In this document: positions 1-11,621 of the stretch, piece after piece
Position numbering within the stretch: position 1 is the first letter of the stretch
Layout of the letters: each line of letters begins with the position of its first letter
Origin: Paraspadella gotoi
Taxonomy: Eukaryota > Animalia > Chaetognatha
Assembly (NCBI GenBank): GCA_051294375.1
Contig: CM119263.1
Coordinates: 17,032,171-17,096,170 of the forward strand
Direction of reading: 5' to 3'
Length of the DNA: 64,000 bases
Notes under the pieces: model-generated
What the model was told of the DNA's origin: nothing
The model's input: the letters and a program-made list of their open reading frames with translations, nothing else
Database searches by the model: none
Program-made: the position numbers and the translations under genes

Positions 1-105
1 GCAGGTGTTATCTTTTCGTTTTGAGAGAGAAGAGAGATGTGAGAGATGAGGAGAGGAAGAGAGAGAGAGAGAGACGAGAGAGAGAGGACAGATTTGATTT
101 TAATT

Positions 106-198
106 GAAATTGGGTACAACCAATAAATAATAAAAAATGTAAATCCAAATCCTTCCTCTTGAATTTTATGAAATTGGTACAACCAATATAAAAATTAT
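106..198 (+). repeat. Dispersed repeat module GAAATTGGTACAACCAAT, two copies
   Basis: gaaattgggtacaaccaata at 106-125 and gaattttatgaaattggtacaaccaatataaaaattat at 161-198. Same module at 46445 and 46746. Confidence 0.75.
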
Positions 199-434
199 TT
201 GAGAGAGAGATCTTGTCGAAAAATAACCAAGAAAACATTTACCGCTGAAACTTGCAAATGCGTATATGGTTATAAGTTTTTTCTTGTGCGCAGTGTTTGC
301 ATGCAAAAATATACAATGTTTTTAGAAATACTATTATACTATAAGAAAGGAAAGGTACCCCCCAACAGAACCCTTTCCCCACCCAGTTTCGTCCCGCGAA
401 TCACAAGAGGGGTGAGACTTACAGCGGGTAAGGT

Positions 435-752
435 TTGGCCTCGGGAGAAGAGGGCGAGAGGGCTGGATTTGGTCGGAGAGAAAGGGGGGAGGGTTTAGAA
501 GAAATGGAAGGGCCTTGCCTTGTCAGCCTTGCAGGGAGAAATGTTAGCGATGAGGATATGTCACGAGTTATTAATATGATCAAGTGGAGGAATCGTGAGG
601 AATTAAAACGGGACAGAAAGGCATGCGATGTTGTGAGAGAAAAGTATGATCATTGGTCAGGGAATGGGACTGTGCTAAGGAAGGCAAAGAGAGAATGTCG
701 AGAAGCGAAAGGGAGATGGTTGGTCGGAGAGTCGGTTAGAGTGATGACCTGA
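435..752 (+). mobile_element. Possible decayed non-LTR retrotransposon ORF2 linker fragment
   Basis: Translation ...NREELKRDRKA...LRKAKRECREAKGRWL resembles, by eye, the basic helical linker between endonuclease and RT of RTE-type LINEs. No RT or endonuclease motifs visible. Confidence 0.2.
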
Positions 753-1444
753 TGGGGTAAAGGTTCAACTGCAGGGAGAGAGAAGGGGAAGTTGGCGAGA
801 TTGACGGGGTAAGGGAAGGACTCGCGCTGCGGGAGAGAGGTCGTCGCGGGGTCCGAGTTTTCGAGTGGATTTCGAGTCGCGTCGCTGCGTGACCCTCAAC
901 CCAAAAGTTAACCCCTGAATCATTTCTCAAAACCTCGTTTCTTCCCCTCCCGCCAGTCTCTCGCTCTCTCTGGCTCTCTCGCTCTCTCTCGCTCGCTCTC
1001 ATACTCTCATGGGTCTCCTTTCTATTTGATCCTTGAAAATATTAATAATGAAAGTAAATCCGACCAGAGACGGCTCATTCTTCCATTGTACCCGCGCAGT
1101 ACCAGAGCCTTCGTACAAGGAGAGATTTCATTGTAATTCGTTTATTTCTTTATCGCCGTCTCTCTTGTAACCGACGTCTCACGCACGCGCAGATAACCTT
1201 CGCTTTAAGTCTTTTGCGCCAGGCAACCTTTCAAACTATTTCGTTCACGTTTCTCTGTATTTCATCGGCGCTCTCTCTCCATTTTTCTCTCTCGACTTCT
1301 TTCGCTTTATTTTTTTAGAACCGAAAACTGTGATCGTCTCTTACCTTTCTTTTTTTCTTTTCCTTTTCTCTATCTTCTTTCTTTCTTCCAATTTTTTCGA
1401 GGGAATGGCCGTAACAGAATTTGCTTCAGTGCGAGAGACACTGG

Positions 1445-1450
<6 letters not shown>

Positions 1451-1503
<53 letters not shown>
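1451..1503 (+). repeat. (AG)n microsatellite
   Basis: Pure dinucleotide run. Confidence 0.98.
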
Positions 1504-1507
<4 letters not shown>

Positions 1508-1736
1508 CCATAGAGAAGACATATGGGGCTCTAAAAAAGGCTTATGTTTTTTCAGTAATGGCATTTTTCAATATATAACATAATAACTCCCCCACGACCC
1601 CTTCTCGGTTCGACGAGAGCGACGACAGCGACGACAGCGGCGAAGGCCGAGAAGAGGCAAGCGATCGATATCTAATTCTTTTTTGTCGAAACTCGTCAAA
1701 ATCGGGTGGCGCCACTGAGAAGAGAAGAAGAAGACG

Positions 1737-1800
1737 GTCGTCGTCGTCGTCGTCTTCGTCGTCGTCGTCGTCGTCGTAGTCGTCGTCGTCGTCGTCGTCG
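1737..1800 (+). repeat. (GTC)n microsatellite
   Basis: Near-pure trinucleotide run. Confidence 0.95.
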
Positions 1801-2291
1801 AAGTCCTTGTTTTGATTTCGTCTTCGTCGACGTTACTAGTTTTGTTTTAGTCATTGTCCAATCTTGATCACTTTAAATTGACGTTCTTTGTTTCAACTTT
1901 CAATACAATTAGGCGTAATTATGGATAATTTTTTTATCTATGATTGCGAGCCAATCTTTTTTGCTCTTTGACACGCTTGTTTCGTTCATTCTGTTGTAAA
2001 TGGAATGTTGTTTCTTCGTCATCGTCATCTTCGTCATCGTCATCGTCATCCTTTCTAACCTCCTCCATCCGCGTTAACTTGGAGGTCTTCGTCGTTGACA
2101 GCCCCGTTGTTGTTGTCATTCATACTGTGGTGGTTGTTGTCGCGGTTAGATGGTTGTTTTCCTCTGGCGTTTAGTTGCGTCTATTTCGGTTTTTTTCGTC
2201 GGGGCGCGGAACTTAATTTTGTTTATACATATATATTTCTTTTCTGTTTGCTTCCGCTTTTCAGCCGTTGTCGTGTTCCTTCTTTTCTCGG

Positions 2292-2439
<148 letters not shown>

Positions 2440-2825
2440 CTCCTTCAGGCGTTGTTTGTTGCCCGTCTTCCGGCGGCGTTGCCACGGCGACCGCGGTGGC
2501 TGACGCGCGATATTACTTTTGACTGATCGGCCGCGGTGGCGGGCGAGGGGCGACCGGGTTGGTGCTGAAGGGAGAGCGAGGGGAGCTGATTTCTGACCCG
2601 GGGTGGAGCCGGACGCCGCTGGCGGAATTGATGGGATGAGGAGGAAGAGGAGGAAGAGGAGGAAGAGGTGGGTGCCGATAAACGATGGCGAAGATGAATA
2701 TTAAGAGAGGAGAAAATTATGGCGAGGATCGGATGGAGTAGAAAAGGGAACAGGGAAGAAAATAATCCGCGGTTGGAATAAACTGACGAAGGAATCCGGA
2801 TATAACCGGAGAGAAAAAGGGAGAA

Positions 2826-2912
<87 letters not shown>

Positions 2913-3159
2913 AATTTGGTAGTTTTTTCTGTTTTCAAGTTTCGGTTGAAAACACAAAATTAATTTTTCCTTCTGCTGTCTCGTTGTCGTCGTTGTTGTT
3001 GTTGTTGTTGTTTCCCTGCCTGTTATTGTCGTTTTTGTTGATGTTTAAAAAACGGAAATCGATTTTTTCTTCGTTGTTTTCCGGAAGAAGGCGCAACACA
3101 CCACCCTGCATCACAGACCAAATGCCAAACAAATTTCTGCTCTCTCTCCTCTCTCTCTC

Positions 3160-3204
<45 letters not shown>

Positions 3205-4019
3205 CTCTCTCTCTCTCTCTCTCTTTCTTTCTCGCTCTCCCTCAGGTATAAATAATTTATATTATTTAATTATTACATGTTCATATGTTCAAAGGGACAA
3301 TGTCCGAAGCCCTATCAGAGTAAAGAAAAAAATCAAGATTTATAAATTTTTATTGTTTCTTGTCAAATATTCTTTGTAACAAATTTGGCATTCTACAAAA
3401 AAAAAAATTTCTTCAAAAAAAGAAAAAGAAACCAGCAAAACGAAAGACAAAATAACGTGATGATGTGAATCGGTCAGCGTCTTTCCCCGTCTTTCATCCC
3501 CCGCCGTTTCTTCGCCTCGGAAGCGAGGTTGATATAGAATCCAATAATCATTCGGCGCCTCGAATCGCCCCCTTGACCCATTTTATATCCACGCGTGGAA
3601 ACATCTTTATAAACCAGGTTTTATTTTCGATACCAACGTCAACGGGAGATCCAATGAGAAAATTTTTTCGACCAATTATCTTCTCTTATGTTTTAAAATT
3701 GTCGCTATTTTTAACTTCAATTCAACGTCAATCGCTTTTTATAACCCCCATTGGACGCATATTGAGCAAGTGGTTTTTGTTTATCTCCGCAGTGGCACCG
3801 GGCACCCCCCTTCATCCATATTTAAAGTCTTTCCATCGCTTTGGTGTGGCCCTGTAGCCTCGACCGTGGAGGACGATACCCTTTGACCCGTTTGCGACCA
3901 ATATGGACTCTTTTCTGTCCTAGTCCCAACTTAAAATACAAACCGAACACTATTTAATCTTATTTTGGCTTACTTTGTAATATTTTACTAATACTAAACC
4001 AGTTTTCTTTCGAGCAATG

Positions 4020-4650
4020 CGAAGAGGCGGTTAGCGAAAGCATGAAGACCCTTTGTCTCTTTTAAGAAACATCCTGTCATACATTTAATCCTTTCCTTCC
4101 AAGAGCGAAAAAAAAAACCTCCCCTCGTAAATCTGCCGATAACTCTTGCAATCTTTTTATCTTGGCCTCTCTCCTCGCAGAGTGACTAGCGCCATATTGC
4201 ATTTCGCTTCGCTTGGCCGTTATATTTTCTTTAGTAACATCGCCTCGCTGCTTTGATTCATTCTTTCAGTTCTTTTAATCAAAGCTTCATTTAAAATTCT
4301 TTTACCATTCATGTCTATAATGCGCTGGTCAGTTGGCAAACCAAGTTATCACCTCTCATCGACATTTGTTAATTCTTGCAAGTCGCTTTGCAAATTTCTA
4401 CTTTTCTTAGCATCCTTTTCATCACTTTATTACTTTCCCCATTGGAGCGTCTTGAAATTTACATATCGAAAATTTAATTTGATCTCAATTTCATTTAATA
4501 CCTTGTGTTCCGTGCTGCCTATTTTAGCATTAAGATGGCTCTGCTTGCATCAACATTCAAACATGTCTGTGGTCTACCCATCTTATCCTCCATTTCCTCT
4601 TCTTAACTTACCACTTTCACCTTACCCTTGCCCTTCTTACCCATCATAGT
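4020..4650 (-). mobile_element. Possible highly decayed transposon-derived coding relic
   Basis: Non-repetitive block with a purine-rich minus strand giving K/E-biased broken frames (MMGKKGKGKVKVVS*...). No diagnostic motif. Confidence 0.15.
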
Positions 4651-4769
4651 CGCAGATCCATCTCACACCCTCTTCTATGCTTTTTTCTTTTCATCTCCTC
4701 AGTCAGATTTGATATCGGGTTTGTCTTCCGACTTTAGCATCGAAGAGTCGACGCCATTCAGTCGAACGG

Positions 4770-4886
<117 letters not shown>

Positions 4887-5227
4887 CTTATAGGACGGTT
4901 TCCTTCTCACTGACATTTATACTTTGCAGTTCTTTGGTTGATGTGCTAATGTGCTAAGTCGTTATTATTCAGCCATGTGGTATTGTGGCACTATTGTAGA
5001 ACTTTCAGTTTTTAATCCTGAATCGAGAAATAATTTTTCTTTCGGAATACGGACGACTCACCAAGTACTCTACAAGTACATCGGTTAAATTGAGTTTAAA
5101 AAATCATTTGAAACTTAAAGCGTGATAAAAAGATTTCGCCAATGCCTCATTTGAAATTATTGTGGCGTGCAGTTGATCCGGAAGAAATCAGCGCTGCCCT
5201 TGGCTATTTTTTGTCACCTGCATGCGG

Positions 5228-5361
<134 letters not shown>

Positions 5362-6069
5362 GAGCGCGCGCTTTCACTGTCGCGCGATAAACAACGAAAC
5401 AAACGGAAAACAATCAGCCAATACGAGCGAGACGGAGAGGGGCGATGGGCGAGGGGAGAGGGGCGAGGGCCGGGTGGTAAGGGGAGAGAGGTGGGGAAAA
5501 GGTTATATAGGGCGCCTTCTTAGACATTTGCTTGGGGAAGGTACAGTCACATAAGAGAGGGAGATGGTGGAACAAAGAGATCGACTACATCGCTAATCAA
5601 AACAAAAATCAAGTACGTAATTTTCAAATAATTTAACAATCACGGTTAACAATCACGTGACGTCTTATGTTTTTGTTATATTCAAGCTTAGTTCTCCTGA
5701 TCTAGCTCTTCAGCCCCAAGTCGGCCTTGATCGCGCCGTCTGGCACTCGTCCATTTGGTCAACGCTTCGACGGCGAAGAAACTGACCAAGCATCGATTCG
5801 CCACGCGGTTCGACGGGCGTCATCTAGTTTGCGAGTCACACGGTTGATCGGTTGTCGGGATGCATCCGTCATCGACCAACGTTCGATTGACGCTGATTTT
5901 CGTCTGTGACGCCGCTCGCTACAAAGGCGACGCCAGATCCAAATTAGACTTTATTTGAGAGTCGAGAATCTTTCGACGGTGAGACAGAGACACTGTTGAA
6001 ATATACTTATTTATAAGTATTGGAACCTTGAGAATTTGTTCGTTTCTGAAGGCTTAAATTACGTATAAT

Positions 6070-6400
6070 GGCAACAGCCGGGTTGCCTGTGATGCCCATT
6101 GGGATGGGGCATCTCACTGTTGGCTTTGAGGGCTTCCGACCCTCAGTGACGCCTCCAGTCACTGGCGCGGTTACCCTAGGACGGTCTCGCTTTGCCAATA
6201 AGTCGTTAGGACTGTGGATGGAACACTACGCCTGGGATGGTGTGTTCCCCCTCTGAGCCAATGGACTTGGCTGAAGGATGGTGGACGTGAGGCGGTGTGA
6301 ATATATCGCCACAGTATATAAATTCTCCCGCAGTGAAGTAGGCCAGGTAGCAATCCTAAAAACCGATTCGTTTGATCCAATTCCGTCGCAGTGGACGTGA
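6070..6400 (+). other. GC-rich, highly structured element (seven adjacent stem-loops); possible retroelement 5' UTR/SINE fragment or structured ncRNA
   Basis: Inverted pairs GGCAAC/GTTGCC, GATGCCC/GGGCATC, TGAGGG/CCCTCA, CAGTGAC/GTCACTG, GGAACAC/GTGTTCC, AGCCAA/TTGGCT and GGCGGTGT/ATATCGCC. Direct repeat GTGGACGTGA at 6281 and 6391. Sharp compositional edges against AT-rich flanks. Confidence 0.5.
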
Positions 6401-7548
6401 CCAAGCGGGCTCCGAGTTTAAAAACACCTAATAGTACGTGAATTAAAAAGTAAAGGAAGGAAAAGGTATTACGTCAAAGAAAAAAAAAAGAGAAAAAAAA
6501 TCCACATTATGAAAAGCAAACACCGCAGCGACTGAAAACGAGAAAATGATGAAATGGAAAGGAAAGGCATTGCAAACTATTAACAGACAAACATCTGCAA
6601 GCATCGGAGCCATAAAGGAAATACAAACAACGCACCGACAAGCACCGAAGCGAGAAGCCGGGAGGAGACAAGCAACACGCGAACGGTAAACAATGAGAGC
6701 CTCGGAATGGGGGAGACGATTTATCGCTGAATCTCGGGACGAATTTATCAGGACTAAACAAAATAAAAAGGAGAAGGGAAATGATGATAAAATGAGAAAG
6801 AAAGTAAAAAGAAATTGAATAAAGAAAATTGAGCTCGTTCAAAGTTTCGTATGGTTAAGAGGCTGTATTACGAAAACGATAACGTAAAAGAAAGGTAATC
6901 TCGAAAGAGCAAAAAAAAAAATTTCGAGAACAATCCTCGCATTGAAAGAATCTCTTTGCTATAACCTCAGTTTGAACAGAAAAAAAAAATGTGCGAAAAA
7001 ACAACGTAGATAAATAGCGATAAAAAATGCTTAAATAATAAAGGAACAAAGGAAATATAAAACTTAAAATTAAAAGGAAGAAGAAAAGTAAAGAGAACAA
7101 CCAATCGGAAAGAGAGGGAACAAAAAAAAACAATAGAGTACATAAACTGGAAGCAATCTGGTGCGAGGAAGAAGAGGAGGAGGGGGAGGGGAAGGAGGAA
7201 GAGGAGGAAGGAGGAAAGGAGAAACGCCTCCCTAAATCGGAAAGGGGATGACATTCCACCCGGCTGCGGAGGCATTCCGACCCGTCAAACAATTACGCAA
7301 CTCGATCGTAAACATCAACGACCTGCCATTCGCCTACCACATTTCATCCACAGGAAATTCGCTTCTATCTGTCCTTAACTAAAAAGAAAACTTTGTGGTG
7401 GGAAAAACTAAAATGTTGTTACGATTAAAAAAAGAGAAAGCGCATCGAGTAAGAAATTGAAAATGAATAGAATCTATGTGTGGGATGCCGACGGAATACG
7501 AAATTAAACGCGAGTCTGAAACTTCTCTGTCTCTGTTCCTTCTGTGTG

Positions 7549-7602
<54 letters not shown>

Positions 7603-10344
7603 TGGCAATTTTGGAGTTTTCCTTCCATCAATCTCGCAATTTTTTTTGTCCACTGGGAATTTCTCCACTCTGGAGCCTCTCTGGCGGTGAGAGGATGAGA
7701 AAAGAAGAGAGCGGAGAAACAGACAGACAGAGAGAGAGTTAGACAGAGAGAGAGAGAGATAAATTTTAAGCTCCAATCTTCGAAAAACGCGACGCTTTTT
7801 AGTTCGACTTTTTTAAACATTTTTCTCACTTATCACAAACAAACGAAAAACGATTTCAAACTCTCGTCATTGTAAGACTTCGTTTCGTCGTTACATTGTA
7901 TGAGAAACAAAGAGTCAATCAAAGATTGAGAGATACAAAACCAAGATTTCTTTTCTTTCGTATTAGAAATCTCGGCGCCTCGGGCCTCCGGTTCTGATTA
8001 AGACACATTACTCGGCAGCGATCCTCTCGTTAGGGCTAACGACGTGGCGCTGAGGCCCAAAAGTCTGAATTAAACCAAAATAAACTATAGACATCGGAGT
8101 GTAGGATCTTCATTATTACCGCCTGCTTCATTTGGAAGGAACGTATTTTTTACTAATGATCACGTGGAGGAAAAATTGTTGTTAAGACTTGATCGAAGTT
8201 TTGAAATTAGTGCCACATTCATAAAGATTAGGCATCCATTTTAAAAATTTATAAAGACGAGAAAATAAATACTTGAATACTTTGGTACAAGAAGATTATC
8301 ACACAGGATTGGAGAAAAAAAGCTTGTGGCTTTGAGAATGGATTTGCTCTCTTGTGATTTGAATATTTATCATTGTGCTTCAATTCAAGGAATTCTTTTA
8401 AATTTTCTTTTTTGGCTTGAATTTAAAGATGAGAATTTAATTGATTTAATTTTTTTTTTTTAGCTTTTCAGTTTTTATAAAAAAAATTTTTACGTAATTT
8501 ACTTGATTAGCAAATAGCAAAATAATAAAATTATAGAATGATATAGAAAAAGAAAATTTAAATGAAATGAAATACATGCTAGTTTTCACATCTTGACGCG
8601 CAGCTGGTGGGTTTTACTTCCGTCGTCACTGCGCCGTTTCCGTTCCGTTATGCGCCATAGATTAGGAAAACAATTAGAAAAACGCCAGAGGAGGAGTCAC
8701 GAGAAAGATTTAAAGGCGGAAACAACAAAAGAACAAATCTTAAACTTTCTTGGTGGCACGACGGCGTAGGTTCTTGGTGGAAAACCCAGGTCTTAATGCG
8801 GCGGAGAAACGACGCCATTTCCTGCCATTTCGACTCGAGAAATTCGAACCATTTCTTACCATTCGACGATAATTGTCAGAGAGTTCAGGATGTACCCCCT
8901 AGCGAAATCAAAGTATCTCCAGTTAATTTAATCGTAAAATATGTTTCATGATATTTTTGGGTTAAAGCTGCAAAAAAGGTTTTATCATATAATAGTTTTT
9001 ACTACAGAACGTGAAAAAGGAGACAATTTTGACTTTATCTTCCATTTGAGGATATGTGGATATTAAAATTTTTAATAACATATTTTATATTTTTGATCTA
9101 ACCTTTTATGAATTATCAGAATCTTTCATAAAATTTTTTAAAAAATTAAAAATTTATTATTTTATAAGGATATTACTATAAATATATTGTAATTAATGAT
9201 ACTGTTCCCAAAACAATATCTAAGCAAAATATTTTTTGTACTCCTTAATCATACTATATCACGTTTAAATATCCTTGTTTGTTCGCTCAAATAAAATGTA
9301 TGTTACCCAGTGCTCCACTCTACTAGACATGCCTCTTAATTTTCCCATCCCTCCATGGACCGAAAAGAGGGTTTCCGTCTCGCTCATCGTAATAGCAGGA
9401 AGTGGATCAATATCACTGCCGAACCGATGAGTGGATTTTTCTCGTACCACAGTCTTTTTTATTTTCCCTTTTTGATAAGACAATATCCCGATCGGCGCCA
9501 CTTTATCATCAAATGCGTTATTAGTCTTTCGGACCTCATTTTTGAGTCGATTAAAAAGATTCGGCTTATATTGATTTTACAATCGTCCCTTCTGAGATTT
9601 CTCACGTAATGGTTTTTGTGCCTCGTATTCAATCTTCCAAGAATCTTGCTCAACTAAATTTTTGAATTTTGTTTTTCATTTTTAGTCTTTTTGTTTTAAA
9701 ACATTTGCAAACTAAATTACATCGCGTGGAACTAACCTATATTCAACCCGATTGGCTTTAAACTAAAATACCCCACATTCAAAAGGAAAAAAATAAATAA
9801 TTTACCCAGATTATCTTCAGGCCAATAAGCAATAGCAAAAGCAAAACGCCATTTTTATTGCCCCAAAATCCTCGCACAAAAAATCCTTTTCAAGCCATTA
9901 ACTCTCTTAGCAAAATTGCCTTTCGCTCAGCCTGAGCGAAACAAATCTTTACCAAAATACTTTACAACCAGTGAAGGTTCCTAACGTTGAAAAATTAGTT
10001 AGGCGCACTAAAATTGTTACTAAGATTGAACACTACATGTATGGTCCGTCATTTTTAAGAAAAACTATGTAAAATAAAAAAAAGAATAAAATAAAAAAAC
10101 TAAAAAAAAAATGGCAAAAAGATAACGAGAAATGGATAGCTAAAATTGAAAATTGACATCAACCGTTCATACTAAAGGATGGCTCAACCAACTTTTACCG
10201 TTTAAATCAGTTGGGATTGGTAGGAATGGGGAGCAGAGAAGCGAACGCAGAATCCGAGTCGGTAACGAGACCGCCATGGGCGGCCGTCTGCGACAGAGCG
10301 GAGGTAGCGAGAAATTTGCCTTTTTTTCTTCTTTTCTTTTTTCT

Positions 10345-10615
10345 CGATCTTTCTTTCTTTCTTAATCCTCTTTTCTTGTTTCTTCCCTCGATCCCTATCG
10401 CCCCGTATCTACTCCCCACCTCTTCTTCTTTTTTTTTTTTCGATCTTCTTTCTTTCTTAATCCTCTTTCTTTGTTCTTCCCTCGATCCCTATCGCCCGTA
10501 TCTACTCCCCACCTCTCTTCTTTTTTTTTTTCGATCTTTCTTTCTTTCTTAATCCTTTTTCTTGTTTCTTCCCTCGATCCCTATCGCCCCCGATCTGTAT
10601 CCCCACCTCTTTTTT
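10345..10615 (+). repeat. Pyrimidine-rich minisatellite, ~93-bp unit x3
   Basis: Unit cgatct(t)tctttcttaatcctc...ttcttccctcgatccctatcgccc(c)gtatctactccccacctc starts at 10345, 10441 and 10532. Confidence 0.9.
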
Positions 10616-11031
10616 CCTTTCGTCTCCGCCGTAGAGCGATTGAGTTTTCGCAAAAAGCGCCATCATTTCTCGTTATTCGCGGGCCCGACTGATTAAAGCC
10701 CGACAGATGCCACTTATCGGGGATTTTAAAAGGCGCTAAACGCCGCAGATGGAGAGTCCGACGGTAAATCGTCCTTCGTCAATTTTTTCCGAGAAAGGAG
10801 GACGTAAGTGGGTCGTTCTTTTACAAAAGATAATTTGAAAGCAAAAATGTTCTGTACGTTTCACTAATTTAAGAACTAAACAAATTATAAAATTTCCTTC
10901 TTTAAAACAACAACGTTGTAATATTTATTTTAATTTAAGTAATGAGGTATTATCAAAAGAGAATTTGCTACCTGGATTTACTCCCTCTCCTCCATCAAAG
11001 ACAAAAGCGAAGAAAGTAGTGACTAACTTAC

Positions 11032-11588
11032 CTTTGAGATGTTACGATGGCGAGTAGGGTAATCCAGGGTATGAGCTTGGCAAAAGAGGACGTGGATGAC
11101 GAGAAGATGCATTTTCGACGCGACCGCTTCTTTTGGAGATCCGAGTCCGGCTCGATCGAACCCGCCGCGGATCCCGGGCTGGGTTCAGTGGAAGCGGTCC
11201 GTTCGGGGCTCGAATCATTTCTCGACTCGGGGGCAGAGGGGTCTACTGGGGACGATGATCTGTCCGCGGTTGCCTTTTCTCTCGAGACCGAAAGGACGAA
11301 GGGTCGGGACATGTCCGTCACTACTGGCTGTGATTCGGAGGTGGCGACGAGGCCCGAGCGAGAGGCCTTTCCGACGACGCCGATGATGTGGCGATCCCGG
11401 AAAACCTGTCCGCCTCGAGATTCCTCTCCGCTTTTCAAGTTCGTCGTGGATGGCGAGGAGGACTCCGACGGCGATGAAGTCCTTCTGGATGACTTGGATG
11501 AAGACAACGATGAATATGGCGACGAAGACAACGATGAATATGGCGACGAAGAAGACGACGATGGAGACGGCGAGGATGGCGGCGAAGA

Positions 11589-11621
<33 letters not shown>

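Noticed and set aside
6070-6400. Specific hammerhead, HDV-like or twister ribozyme call
   Set aside because: Conserved cores (e.g. CUGANGA...GAAA) were not found by eye on either strand; kept only as an unclassified structured element.
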